A stretch of DNA of 39,820 nt from Leidyana gryllorum EB-2025a (lineage: Eukaryota; Protista; Apicomplexa), in assembly GCA_048772705.1 (NCBI GenBank), contig JBLWGC010000062.1, positions 1-39,820 on the forward strand, written 5' to 3'. The notes beneath the pieces are model-generated. The model did not search any database. It worked only from the letters and a program-made list of their open reading frames with translations, and had not been told where the DNA came from. Positions 1-11,052 of this stretch are shown here, piece after piece; the stretch's first letter is position 1; every line of letters starts with the position of its first letter. The position numbers and the translations under genes are program-made.

Positions 1-424
1 TGCAAGGATGACGCTCATCGGTGACCAGCCGGGACGGGTTCACCAGTGTGTGTGTCTCCGTCTCCGGCCGGCCGGCACCACCTTTGTGAACTTACCTTTT
101 ACGTGCCTGCATTGGAATAACAATGGTTTTACGTAGCGGACGAAGCATTCACCTGAGCAATACGAACCCGGCCATAGAGCCAGGTTACACAGGTGGCTCG
201 GGTTAGTCGCTTTGTGGGCATATTCTATCGGTTCGTTTCGGGTCGTGTATGTGACTGCTGCGGTAGTTGTAACGCCACACCTCCACCTCAAACCTGCCCC
301 GCGCTGTTGGATCGACCGACACTACTCGATCCAACAGAAGGATCCACCCGAGGAGGACACCAAATTACGCCTAAGGCGGACAATTGTCGGCGATTGACCT
401 GAGTCAACCCGCCGGAAGATTCTG

Positions 425-963
425 TGTAGCTGGCTGTAGCGGCTAGCCGCCACCCCTGTACATGCGTGACCCCTTTTTAATTGCATATCACTGTCTGGCA
501 AGCCAGTCCAGCTTACCAGCCTCTCTGTGTCTCGGAGGCCGGCCGGGACCGGCGACACAGAGACACGCACGAACGAACACACGCAATAAGACATGGAACT
601 ACGCAACCGCAGACTTACCGATTCCGCAAAGAATCTTACCTTACCGCCAGGTTATACTGGCCGGCATGTAAGAGGTGACTTACACCACTGAACCCCTCTG
701 AACCCAGATTCCAATCAGCCCAGCCCTTTGTGTACCCCTTTTTAGTTGCATGTCACCGGCTGACGAATCAGTCCGGCTGCGAGCGTGTCTGTGTCTCCAG
801 TGCCAGCCGGCACCGGGTACGCAGACACGGGAGCGAACCTACAACGAACACACGAATATGACACTTACTGTTAAACGCACCAGAAGGGCGTCAATCCTCC
901 CCAAGGCGCTCACCCAGAAGGCCCGTCGGGCTAGCCTTGACCCCCCAGAGCCCGATACTTACA
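425..963 (+). repeat. Two tandem or nested LTR-like remnants related to the LTR of the 1081-5918 element
   Basis: Motif CCCTTTTTA(A/G)TTGCAT at ~470 and ~737 matches the LTR at ~5310. Similar GC-rich palindromic core and GACACG..GAACAC tracts. 667-963 has TGTAAG...CTTACA termini. No clean TSD. Confidence 0.5.
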
Positions 964-1080
964 GGCCCGAGGACCGGACGGAGACGCGTGCATTACTAGG
1001 CCGGGCGGCTCCCGCGTGGCGACAGATGTAATGAACAAGGGGTATTAGTCTATCTCTCGTGTAATCTGAATTACACTCGT

Positions 1081-1215
1081 TGTGATGTCGTGGGGCATCA
1101 CTGTTAGCGCTTTCCGTTGCTGACTGACGACCGAATCGTAAGTCCATGTGTGTGTTGTGTGTTCGTGTCTCCGTGCCGGTTACCGGAACGCTCGGAGACA
1201 CGAGGTAAGTTGTTG
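1081..1215 (-). repeat. Distal 135 bp of the 3' LTR
   Basis: Direct repeat of 5710-5844 with 7 substitutions. Confidence 0.9.
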
Positions 1216-1852
1216 CTCGACGGATGCGCCGCTCGATTCATGGCGAACGGCATCAACAGTGAAGAAGCTAGGGTACGAGCAGCGTGCGCCCAACTTACCG
1301 GAACCGCCGCGAGATGGCTGCTGAACCATCCAATATTAATACGTCTATCTTGGGCTGAGTTCCAACAACGAATGATCTGTAAATTCGACACAGCAGATAC
1401 CATTGAGGACGATCTTATCAAACTCACCAAAAGTGACAAAAACTAAGACGATGAACTATTACGTGGATGAATTCAAACGTCTTGTGCGTGGACTAGACCA
1501 GAGCTTGACGAAGCGAGCGCTCACCAGCCTATTCCTCAAAGGCCTACCTCAGAAGGACAATGTGGCACTGTCCGGATGCATAGGCGAATCGATTGACACA
1601 ATCTATGTCAAGGCCCTACAATACGCAACAATCGAGGAGCACAGCATGGAAGAGCCTTGCCTTGCCATCGACATAGCCCGGGAGAACAGAGTCGGCCAGC
1701 GATGCAGGTTCACATACGAAGAATGCACGAAGCTGCGCCGTTGTTACAACTGCGGCTCAATGCACCATCTCGCGTGGAAATGCCCAAAGCCATGGGACGA
1801 CAGAGGCACGAAAGAGCAGCCGGGAGGAGCTCCGAGGATTCGACAACAATGA
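1216..1852 (+). pseudogene. gag: Gag (capsid domain and CCHC zinc knuckle), frameshifted
   Basis: LDGC...LTGTAARW...SWAEF retrotransposon-gag pattern; CYNCGSMHHLAWKC = CX2CX4HX4C. Confidence 0.88.
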
Positions 1853-1999
1853 AGGCACGACGAGTATTCGCCGCCACGGAGTAGGTTTTTCTGGAGCCCG
1901 ACGGGAGCGTGGCAAACTCACCGAAAGGGCAACACAGCCGAAGAACAGCAGACCAACAGTCACAACCCGATGGACTTTGATGCATCCAGAAAAAAAAAA

Positions 2000-4900
2000 G
2001 AATATCGACCCTCGACGCGTGTGTCCTGATCGATACGGGAGCGACGATATCATGTATTGACAGTACAATGGCTCGAAGACTCGCATTGAACACGGAACCA
2101 ATCACCACGCTCATGAGAGGACTGGACGGCACCAAGGAGTACAACCTCACCACAGTATGCATCCAAACGGCTGCGGGCAGAGTAGTCAAAACAAGAACAG
2201 CGGTAGTATCTGGGCTACCCTACGACCTGATTGTGCCCACTAGTATAATAGCGGATCTACAATTATGCATTGCATTAACAACCCAAGGCCAAATCTGCAT
2301 CTTGGAAGGAGTAGTCATACCGGTACCCACCAAATTCAAACCAGAAGAATGGACACGAACCGCGGAGCCACAAGCATTCGCCATAGCAGAGCAAGCGAGT
2401 GTACCGGCACTCGAACATCCAATAGATATTCCGAATAAATACCTGGGCATGATACAGCAATACGCCACAGTGTCCACTAAGGGTCCACCCATGCCTCCCT
2501 GCAGACCCGGCATTGACAATACCATCGAGCTCAAGAACCCCGATGTGAACCCACATGTCCGCCAACCATATCGAATTGCACAGAAACATATACACGAACT
2601 TAGACGACAGATCATCGAACTTACGAAGGCCGGAAAGATTCGCCTCAGTTCTTCCAGCTGGGCATCTCCCTGCCTCTTCGTAGCGAAGAAGGACGCCACA
2701 GTCCCAAGACTGGTGTGTGACTTCAGAGGGCTCAACGACGCGACGCGGAAGATGGCACCCCCGATTCCATCAATTGATGACGCCTTACAAACGCTGGCAG
2801 GCGCTCCATGGTTCTCACCAAGTACGGATGAACGAGGCATCGGCACACCTCACCGCGTTGGCGACACCTAGGGGTCTGTATGAGTGGCTAGTGATGCCGA
2901 ATGGGCTCACTAATGCCCCAGCCACGTTTACGACGCTGATGAACACAATCTTCGGGGACTTAATTGGCGACTTCTTATTCATTTACTTGGACGATGCCCT
3001 GATATACTCACCGGATGAAAGCAGCCATGAAGGATATCTGAGAGAAGTCTTACGCAGGTTGAACAAGAATAAACTCATACGCATCCACGAAAATCCCAAT
3101 TCTTCAAGAACGAGGTGACATTCTTGGGCCATACACTTACCGCTCAAGGCGTGACACCGATACCGGAACGACTTCACGCTGTGCGACAAATACCATACCC
3201 GAATACCCTATGCGAAATGCAACGAATATTAGGTATGGCGAACTACTATCGTTGCTTTATACCTCAATTCGCGGCAATAAGAGCGCCCCTGTACGAGCTG
3301 ACGCACGGACTCAAGAAGCCGGGAGACAAGATAACTGCGAGGCCGGAAGGACAACAGGCATTAGAACAGTTGAAACGGGCACTCACCATACCACCCCGAC
3401 TACAGTTCCCTACACCACAAGTAGAGGAATTGACCATCAACACAGACGCCAGCTCATATGCCGTAGGAGCAGTATTGCAGCAAGCAGTCAATCAGACTCT
3501 ACGACCAATCGAATTCATGTCGAAGAAAATGAACCAGGCACAACGACATTACCCGACACATGAGCGTAGAACTACTCGCCGTGGTGGAAGCATGCAAGCG
3601 TTGGCGATATCTCCTGATAGGCAGAAGATTGATAATTAAGACAGACCACAAACCTCTGACTCACCTCTTGAATCAATCACGCCTTTCAGATAAGCAGGCA
3701 CGATGGTTGGTGCAGCTGGCGAACTTAAACCTCCAAATCGAATATATCACGGCGACGCAAAATATTATTGCGGATTTAATGAGTAGGCCACGAGTGCCAG
3801 AAACCACAAACGAATGCCACACAACAACGGAAGAGTTACCTGCGAATGGTTCGGAGGGACCGGAGAACGATAGCAGCGGACCACCAGGCTTAAAGCGAAT
3901 TACGCCAAGCATGGGAGCAAAGACCAGAGGAAACAGCCCGCATGAACCATGTGGCGTGGATCGACGGATTACCAGTTACGAACGACGGTACAATCGAGGT
4001 ACCGGCCGACGAGCACCTTATTAAAACGAATTATCAGCGACAACCACGACAGCCTCCTGGCTGGCCACTTAGCTGCGGAAAAAAAACGATGGAGCGGATC
4101 CGCGCTCTATTCACGTGAAAGGTTTAGCGGCTGACGTTCCGGAATACTGTCCTACCTGCAGGACTTGCCAGAAGGCGAAAGCCCGCAACCACAAGCCACA
4201 AGGACTACTTCACCCGACCAGCAACCCATCCATGCCATGGGTAGAGGTAGAGGTAGGTATAGACTTCTTGGAATTGCCAAGAGATGAGGAGACGGGGAAG
4301 AACTACCTGATGGTAGTCGTGGATCGACTGAGCAGAAGAATAAGACTGGTCAAATGTGATAAACCATAACGGCCGCAGAAACGGCGAAGCTATTCCTGGA
4401 CAACATAGTGGGCATACATGGAGTCTCCCGCAAAATAATATCCGACAGAGATCCCCGATCCACTGCTGAAGTATGGAAGAACCTGATGCAGCTCTTGGGT
4501 ATCAACATGGCTATGACAACCGCGTACCATCCACGGGCAAATGGCTTGACCGAGAGATCCAATAGGACTATTCTGCAGATTCTCAGATGCGTACTGATCG
4601 ACCACAGGTCAAGGTGGACTGAGCACATAAGCAGCACAGAAATGGCTTTCAATTCAGCCGTTCAGACATCCACGGGAATGACTCCTTTGGAACTAGACAC
4701 CGGTCGTGTTACGTTCCTACCGAACAACCTGTATGATGTTGCATCTCAACAATCTACGATGGGACGAATCTACCTCCAGAAACTACAAGAAGCCCATGAT
4801 AGACTGACTGCAGCAGCAGCCCGCCAAAAAGTACAAGCTGACAAAAGGCGTGGCGATATCCAGTTCCAAGAAGCGGAGCTAGTCCTCCTGAGAACGGAAC

Positions 4901-5050
4901 CACGTCCCCGAGAACAAGCTGACACCGCCATTCTGTGGCCCCTGGAGAATCACAAGAGCATATAACAACAACACTTAATTTCTGGACCTCCCACCCACTT
5001 GGGAAATTTTTCCTAAATTCCGTGCGAGCAGGCTAGAGAATTACCATGCA
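2000..5050 (+). pseudogene. pol: Pol: aspartic protease, RT, RNase H, integrase (several frameshifts)
   Basis: LIDTGA (~2030); RLVCDFRGLN; MPNGLTNAPATF; YLDD (2984); TDASSYAVGAVL; TDHKPL; H..GH...CPTCRTCQ; IISDRDPR...NGLTERSNR. Confidence 0.93.
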
Positions 5051-5079
5051 TCAGACCACGCCACAGAGCCACTCCCAGA

Positions 5080-5240
5080 AGAACCACTATATATCATGGG
5101 CTGGAAACCCACTCCCGAAGGCATCTGATACAAGATAAAATGGGCTGGATAGCCGGGCCAGACATGGGAACCAGCCTAGAAGGTTCTGGAAGCGGACGGG
5201 AGCGACCTCATAGACGAGTTCAGAGCAAAGTGGAACCGCC
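5080..5240 (+). pseudogene. Integrase C-terminal chromodomain remnant
   Basis: Manual translation YIMGWKPTPEGI*YKIKWAG*PGQTWEPA*KVLE..LIDEF matches the chromodomain Y-x-I/V-K-W-x-G...TWEP pattern; 3 stops. Confidence 0.75.
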
Positions 5241-5260
5241 AAAACCCGCGGAACCCGTTC

Positions 5261-5282
5261 AAGGAGGATGGCCCCGGAGGGG
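5261..5282 (+). other. Polypurine tract before the 3' LTR
   Basis: AAGGAGGATGGCCCCGGAGGGG immediately precedes TGTAGT. Confidence 0.6.
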
Positions 5283-5356
5283 TGTAGTCCGGGATCAGCT
5301 AGATCAGTGCCCTTTTTAGATTGCATCTATCACCGACCGACCGGAGTCGAGCCGGC
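5283..5356 (+). repeat. Proximal 74 bp of the 3' LTR (inside the inverted segment)
   Basis: Inverted repeat of 5845-5918 with 3 substitutions. Confidence 0.9.
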
Positions 5357-5690
5357 CCACTCCCTTGCGCGTCCACTGTTGTTGCCATCGAATGCCGTGT
5401 GCTTCCGGAGTGCCGTTTTGGCCCGTTGTTCTTCGTTGCTTGCTCCGCGATCACTGTTATTCGTTTGCTGCTGTCGCTGTGTTTCGCGTACTAGCGCGAT
5501 CGCTAATTGTAGTAATCCACTGGCTTCGAGTGCTGCTATGCTGGTATCGTGACTAAGCTGTGGGCTGTTGCCAAGTCTTTTATCCTGGCCTGTTTGCGCG
5601 TTCGGCTCGCCTTGCATTGATTCCGTGACTCCAACGCTCCGTTCTTGCATTTCCTGAGGGTCGCTACCTTCTGCCGCTAGTGGTGCGTCG
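5357..5690 (-). pseudogene. gag: Leader and Gag N-terminus
   Basis: ...HTAFDGNNSGRAREW joins in frame to LDGCAARF at 1216(+); parallels DHFNGLDEVSVRDWIDGC in the gag at 35.8 kb. Confidence 0.85.
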
Positions 5691-5694
5691 GTAG

Positions 5695-5709
5695 ACGCAC
5701 TGCCACCAA
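5695..5709 (-). other. Primer-binding site complementary to tRNA-iMet
   Basis: + strand GACGCACTGCCACCA versus the tRNA-iMet 3' end GACGCACTGCTA+CCA (15477-15488), 14/15 match. Confidence 0.8.
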
Positions 5710-5918
5710 TGTGATGTCGTGGGGCATCACTGTTAGTGCTTTCCGTTGCTGGCTGACGACCGAATCGTAAGTTCATGTGTGTGTTTTGTGTTCGTGTCTC
5801 CGTGCCGGTTACCGGAACGCTCGGCGACACGACATAAGTTGTTGGCCGGCCCGACTCCGGTCGGTCGGTGATCGATGCAATCTAAAAAGGGCACTGATCT
5901 AGCTGATCCCGGACTGCA
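5710..5918 (-). repeat. 5' LTR (209 bp)
   Basis: TG...CA, followed by PBS; about 95% identical (10 differences in 209) to the reconstituted 3' LTR. Confidence 0.9.
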
Positions 5919-6243
5919 CTCGTCGTGGATACAACTTTGCTCATCGGAAACTATTGACTATTGGTAATTACTACTGGGTGGCGTGTTGCAAACAATGAAC
6001 ACGAACTACTAATTCAAAAAACTGTGTGTTGCAGTTGTGTGGGGTCAGTAGGACATTAGTGTTGTGTGAGTACCTTGCTTAGATCGCTTATCATCATTCA
6101 CAACTGAGCTTCGAGATGAACAAACTGAGACCCACCACTACTACTGATCAGAAAGCAGCACTCCTCTGTGCCAGCCGCCGATACAGTCGAGAGAGTGGTC
6201 ATATTATGTTGAGAACCAATAAATGCGATGGGGGCTGCACAGC

Positions 6244-6316
6244 GGGCGACTAGCTCAAATGTTAGAGCGCTCGCTTAGCATGCGAGAGGTACTGGGATCG
6301 ATGTCCAGGTCGTCCA
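6244..6316 (+). tRNA. trnA: tRNA-Ala(AGC), D-loop GG mutated
   Basis: Cloverleaf; CTCGC TT AGC AT GCGAG. Confidence 0.7.
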
Positions 6317-6578
6317 AACTTCGTAGTGCGGCAACTGCCGCTATTTATCCACAGAGTTGAGAGCTTTCAAGGGTGCCCTGTAGCCCTTGGATAGATTTGG
6401 GCACCGCAGTATGTGTGAAGGTTGACTCAGAGCCCGGATCTCCAAGTTTGTATTTTACAACATACCGGAGCCACTTCAAATTTTTCAGAGGTAAGTAGAG
6501 AGACCCGTGTTGCATGTGTCCAGTTGAGGAAGCGCTAGCCCGGATGGCTCTACCGACTCCTTTGGGATGGGCTGAACC

Positions 6579-6649
6579 GGTTGTGTGGAGTAGTTGTTAG
6601 CACTGGAGATTTTGAATCTCCCAACTGGCTTCGACTCCCGGCGCGACCT
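6579..6649 (+). pseudogene. trnQ: tRNA-Gln(TTG), decayed
   Basis: Homologous to 18693 and 21106; many mismatches. Confidence 0.65.
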
Positions 6650-6713
6650 TGGAACTGGTCCTCACTACTCCCTGAAACTTCGCCACTTCTCTTAGGCTGC
6701 GGGGACCATCCGT

Positions 6714-6786
6714 GCAGCCAGGCTCTCGTGGTTTCGATGCCTGCTTAATACTCAGAAGGTTCCGAGTTCGATCCTTGGTGGCCGTA
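6714..6786 (+). pseudogene. trnV: tRNA-Val, decayed
   Basis: Homologous to 10394. Confidence 0.65.
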
Positions 6787-6884
6787 GATCGCACTTATAC
6801 AGCAATGCAATGCAGTCGAATCACTGGTTGTTTTACAGCAGCAGTTCGTGCTAGAGATTGCACGGCCCGAATTAGAGCCATCGG

Positions 6885-7250
6885 TGTTGTAGTTCGTGTT
6901 TGCCTAAATGGTAAACTCCCTGTAGGGTTGCCAGATTCGACTTGGTGAAACTTCCAGTCGAATTAACATCCATCTGGATACTTCGCTACATATTTGACAC
7001 TTATATAGGGGCATGCATGAGATGGTGGAAAGGCATTATTAAGGAACGTAAAGCAACAACTACAAAAGCGTAAAGGCTAATGTTCCCTAGTGGTCTGAAC
7101 TCTCTGTGACAGTCTAACTGTGCAGACACTCGAATGAATGACCAGAGTGTGGGGGTCGAGTCGAACCTACCGTCTGTATCCACCGCGAGACTCCGCAGGA
7201 GTGCGAGCGACTGGCACATGGGTAGAGTGAGAGACACACGAGAGCAGAGG
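6885..7250 (+). repeat. LTR copy (same family as 29560-29958)
   Basis: Starts TGTTGTAG; diverged inverted copy of 29620-29958. Confidence 0.75.
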
Positions 7251-8240
7251 TGGACTGGTCCATCGTGTAGTTCTCGTCTGAGTGTGTTGTTTGGCTGTGC
7301 CTCTATAGCCCGTATAGCCCGTTACAGCAGACTGACGCAGGCCATACAATACAGGGTTTTTCGGGCACAACTAGTAGATACACAGACAGAGGGAGAACGT
7401 ACAACGAACAAAACAGATTAGTGCACGATTAAGATGGGGCTCAGTTTACGTAGTGGTACGCACGTAGGCCGGTCTACTGAAAAACCAGTCTACATGTAGT
7501 CTGAAAACCTCTAGTTCTACCTACAGTAGGGGCAGGAGTCGTCCTCCAAGGACCGTCTCTTAGGGATGTATCGGACGCGGGAACACGCAGAATACCACGA
7601 CTCGACCAAAACCCCCCTGTATACAGTTGGGGGTAGGCTCTCACGCTACTCACAGACGGACAGACACTGATATTTGTCAGGCCTTAGGCCCACCTTTTTC
7701 CAGAAGTGCATGAACACAATAGACAACGAATGCCGCCCAAACGCACCTTGAACAAAGCTCCCTCCGCCCTGCGACGGGCCTGCAGCTGACCCGGCTGTCA
7801 ATATTCACCAGATCTTTCTTCACCCGCAGTTTGATCTGCGCGTTGGCCCCCATGGTGGAAATAGACGGTTGACCGGTGGTCGAATGGGTGGCACCAGATG
7901 CCGTGGTCTGATAATTGACTCCGTTGACGAGGACCTCAGCAACAATTGTCAATCGGTTCCCAACCACGCAACCATAGTCTTTGTTGTGAAATCGACCGCT
8001 TTGACGAGCAGCTTCGAGGCTTTCAGAGACACGTCTCCCCTCGCCGAGGTCGTTCCCACGATGGTGCCTCGAGCACCAGAGGTTGGAGAAAAGGTATGTC
8101 GGCATCGATGTTCGCGGCTTGAGTTGAGCAGAGGTGGAGACGGGCGCTGATCGACGATCAGGCGATCCACCTCGATAGTCAGATCGCCGCTTCTGTTGGC
8201 CAGATCTCGTAAGTTGATCTGTTCTACACCACCGATAGGC

Positions 8241-8312
8241 GGCTGTGTGGTCTAGTGGTATGATTGTTCCTTCCGGTGGAAGAAGTCCTGGGTTCAACTC
8301 CCAGAACAGCCC
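8241..8312 (+). pseudogene. trnP: tRNA-Pro body, anticodon mutated to CCG
   Basis: Pro body; loop TT CCG GT; stem mismatches. Confidence 0.7.
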
Positions 8313-8461
8313 GTCTGATAGTTGTTGACTCAACACGGCACGTCTCTCGATCGGCTGAGATATGTGGCTCTCACTCGACCCGTCCCGCACAAAGTCCCTG
8401 AGAGCTAAGACAAAATCTGAGTTGTTGACCCAACACGCGGGGCTGAAACCCGACAGTAGCC

Positions 8462-8534
8462 AGACGCTACTGGGACTCGAACCCAGAATCCCCGGTTCCG
8501 TAGACCGATGCCATATCCATTAGGCCATAGCGCC
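8462..8534 (-). tRNA. trnR: tRNA-Arg(ACG)
   Basis: Cloverleaf; TCGGT CT ACG GA ACCGG. Confidence 0.85.
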
Positions 8535-8764
8535 ACTAGCGGAGCCGTCAAATGGGAGTGTGTAGCGATCAAGACAGGACATGGGGCCCGATGGTGGGTG
8601 TGGACAGACTTCGCCCACATCTCCCATTCGAGACATCGGGGACATACTATCCAAGCCAGGATTCGGGCCTGGGTATGCACGGCCACAACTTGCTGTTGTA
8701 AGCACCTAGAGTACCAAAGCCACTTAAAATGTCGGGCTATCGGGTTTTTTGTCCTTGCATTCCT

Positions 8765-8837
8765 GCCGCCCTAGCTCAGTCGGTAGAGCGCAAGACTCTT
8801 AATCTGGCAGTCGCGGGTTCGAGCCCCGCGGGCGGTG
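8765..8837 (+). tRNA. trnK: tRNA-Lys(CTT)
   Basis: Cloverleaf; one anticodon-stem mismatch. Confidence 0.8.
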
Positions 8838-8897
8838 TGCATCTGTTTCCCTGGGAGTAAGAATGGAACTGTTGCCTACAAGCGCACTCAGCTGGAT

Positions 8898-8970
8898 TTC
8901 CACTGCCCGGACTTGAACCCGGATCGTGCGGGTGAGAGCCGCATACCCTAGCCACTTAGACTACAGTGGA
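8898..8970 (-). tRNA. trnE: tRNA-Glu(CTC)
   Basis: TGCGG CT CTC AC CCGCA; one T-stem mismatch. Confidence 0.8.
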
Positions 8971-9056
8971 CGAGTCACAACAGTTGCACTGACGAATGAG
9001 GCGCCGGAGAACTGTGAGTCGGTCTCAGATTGGAAGTTCACCTAGGTTTGGCGGGT

Positions 9057-9103
9057 GGGCGGCTATCTCAAGGGGTAGAGCGGTGACTTGGCAGGCGAGA
9101 GGT
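9057..9103 (+). pseudogene. trnA: tRNA-Ala 5' fragment (inverted copy at 12489-12534)
   Basis: GGGCGGCTATCTCAAGGGGTAGAGCG...GCGAGAGG, lacks T arm. Confidence 0.55.
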
Positions 9104-9188
9104 CAGTTTAGACACCTATCAATGCCGCAGGACAGGCTGAACATGGGGGCATTTGGTCACTCCTCGCGGCATGTCGAATTCGACAGTT

Positions 9189-9270
9189 GGCAACTCGCCC
9201 GAGTGGTTAAGGGGGTAGACTTGAAATCTACTGGGCCTGGCCCGCGCTGGTTCAAATCCAGTAGTTGTCG
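9189..9270 (+). tRNA. trnS: tRNA-Ser(TGA)
   Basis: Long variable arm; GTAGA CT TGA AA TCTAC. Confidence 0.8.
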
Positions 9271-9352
9271 TGCGATCTGATTGGAGGGGCAGACAACAAC
9301 TCACTCCTGAAACCCCAGAATGGTGCCTCAATCAACCATCTGCCATCTTCTC

Positions 9353-9417
9353 TGCATCTGCCGGGAATCGAACCTGGGTCGTCTCGGTGGCAACGACACA
9401 TTCTACCACTAGACCAC
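9353..9417 (-). pseudogene. trnG: tRNA-Gly(GCC), 5'-truncated at a cassette junction
   Basis: Matches 20288 but lacks the 5' acceptor strand. Confidence 0.7.
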
Positions 9418-9643
9418 GTCGATGTCGTTCTGGGTGCAGTGTACCGCCCCGGAGTACTCTTACGGCCCGAGTTGCTTAGATGGCAACGCATGTGATTGTA
9501 GTGGTGGCATCAAATATTCGACGAGCAAATTCCGTCCGCCGGGAGTTGAGGAGTGGACTTTTTGCAACGTAGTTCGTCTGACACTCCTGTTCCATTCCAT
9601 CCTGATCGATGCTTCGCTACCTCTACAGCCTCGCTCAAAGATT

Positions 9644-9715
9644 GTCCGAGTCGTCTAGTGGTTAGGACAGCACGTAGTGGCCGTGCAAACCCAGGCTCGA
9701 TTCCTGGCTCGGACA
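9644..9715 (+). tRNA. trnH: tRNA-His(GTG), U33>A
   Basis: Cloverleaf. Confidence 0.75.
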
Positions 9716-9790
9716 AGCAGTCTAAAGTGCATTGCTCTTCGCCCCGGTTGAAAATATTATTGCAGCCATGGTCAAGTCTGTACGATCGGC

Positions 9791-9861
9791 TGCACCTGCC
9801 GGGACTCGAACCCGGGCTGCGAGCATGGGAAGCTCGCATCCTACCCTTGGACCACAAGTGC
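9791..9861 (-). tRNA. trnG: tRNA-Gly(CCC)
   Basis: CGAGC TT CCC AT GCTCG; intact. Confidence 0.88.
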
Positions 9862-10057
9862 ACTCGAGAAAGAGCTTCAGCACCCCGAGACTCGGCCGCA
9901 GTCTGTGTTGAGCTAGGGTGCCTCAGGTACTGGCAGGTTCCAGTCTGCGACTTTGTGGCTAAGAGACTTACCCTCTGGTGGCTGAACTACGAGGCTCGGC
10001 TAAGATGATTGGAGCTTGAGAGACTTCAGCTTTGCAGGTGCCCAGTCGATGCAGTCG

Positions 10058-10121
10058 AGCCTTCTGCCGGAAACGAACCGGCGACCTTTAAGCGAATGCT
10101 CTGCCGCTGAGCTAAGAAGGG
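10058..10121 (-). pseudogene. trnT: tRNA-Thr with anticodon-arm deletion
   Basis: Paralog of 17089. Confidence 0.7.
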
Positions 10122-10187
10122 AATGCAGGCTGAAGATCACGAATCAGTGACTATTGACGGGGATTACTGGAGCATTGCTCCAGTAGC

Positions 10188-10253
10188 TTCCACTGCCGGG
10201 ACTTGAACCCGGATCGTGCGGGTGAAAGCCGCATATCCTAACCATTTAGTGGA
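10188..10253 (-). pseudogene. trnE: tRNA-Glu(TTC) with 7-nt deletion
   Basis: Paralog of 17237. Confidence 0.7.
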
Positions 10254-10393
10254 CAAGTGCCCGAGTTGAGGCTTTGGACGAGAGCCGTACCGAATTGAGA
10301 TCAGGTGGAGCGTCGGGTCAAGCGACGACGAACGGGCGCATCGGATAGGTGTGTACAAAGACACACGCCCCTTTCACGGCCCGGAAGGTCCGT

Positions 10394-10466
10394 GCAGCCA
10401 TGGTCTAGTGGTTACGACGTCTGCTTAACACGCAGAAGGTCCCGAGTTCGATCTTCGGTGGCTGTA
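10394..10466 (+). tRNA. trnV: tRNA-Val(AAC)
   Basis: TCTGC TT AAC AC GCAGA. Confidence 0.85.
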
Positions 10467-10599
10467 GCTCGAACATGTGGAGGGAGCTCCACCCAAAGCA
10501 AGGAAACGTGCTGTCTTCGAGACAGGCTATCAATGCCGCAGGACAGGCTGAACATGGGGGCATTTGGTCACTCCTCGCGGCATGTCGAATTCGACAGTT

Positions 10600-10681
10600 G
10601 GCAACTTGCCCGAGTGGTTAAGGGGGTAGACTTGAAATCTACTGGGCCTGGCCCGCGCTGGTTCAAATCCAGCAGTTGTCG
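10600..10681 (+). tRNA. trnS: tRNA-Ser(TGA)
   Basis: Intact; long variable arm. Confidence 0.88.
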
Positions 10682-10773
10682 TGCGATCTGATTGGAGGAG
10701 CAGACAACAACTCACTCCTGAAACCGTGCCTCAATCAACCATCTGCCATCTTCTCTGCATCTGCCATCTTCTC

Positions 10774-10844
10774 TGCATCTGCCGGGAATCGAACCTGGGT
10801 CGTCTCGGTGGCAACGACACAGTCTACAACTAAACCACAGATGC
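10774..10844 (-). pseudogene. trnG: tRNA-Gly(GCC), decayed
   Basis: D-arm mismatches. Confidence 0.65.
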
Positions 10845-10982
10845 GTGACATCTCCATTCCTGAATACAAAGCGAAGGTCTTAACTAGTCCAGGCCGTCCA
10901 ACTTAGGCCGTACATATGAACCAGGCTCACCGGATACGCGTTTCCAGAGAGACACGCCCCTTCGGCAGTCCGCAAGCTCCGT

Positions 10983-11052
10983 GCAGCCATCTACCGGTCA
11001 CGACGTCTGCTTAACACGCAGAAGGTCCCGAGTTCAATCCTCGGTGGCTGTA
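10983..11052 (+). pseudogene. trnV: tRNA-Val(AAC), D-arm deletion
   Basis: Paralog of 10394. Confidence 0.7.

Larger units (their letters stand above)
1081..5918 (-). mobile_element. Full-length degenerate Ty3/Gypsy (chromovirus-type) LTR retrotransposon with internal inversion of 1216-5356
   Basis: 5-bp TSD CTCGT (1076-1080, 5919-5923); 209-bp LTRs TG...CA; PBS; PPT; gag-PR-RT-RH-INT-chromo order. Confidence 0.92.
1027..6102. mobile_element. Probable older solo LTR (1027-1080 plus 5924-6102) interrupted by the Gypsy insertion
   Basis: TGTAATGA...TCATTCACA termini; flanks ACAGA (1022-1026) and ACTGA (6103-6107) match 4/5. Confidence 0.4.

Noticed and set aside
1990-1999. A10 run as a programmed gag-pol frameshift site
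   Set aside because: It cannot be distinguished from slippage in a decayed copy without intact family members.
5080-5240. Stop-codon reassignment or readthrough in the chromodomain
   Set aside because: The element also has many frameshifts and the stops are of mixed types, so ordinary decay suffices. No suppressor tRNA was seen.
5283-5918. MITE or DNA transposon with 74-bp terminal inverted repeats
   Set aside because: The inverted repeat is explained by the split, inverted 3' LTR. The TSD lies at 1076/5919, not around this segment.
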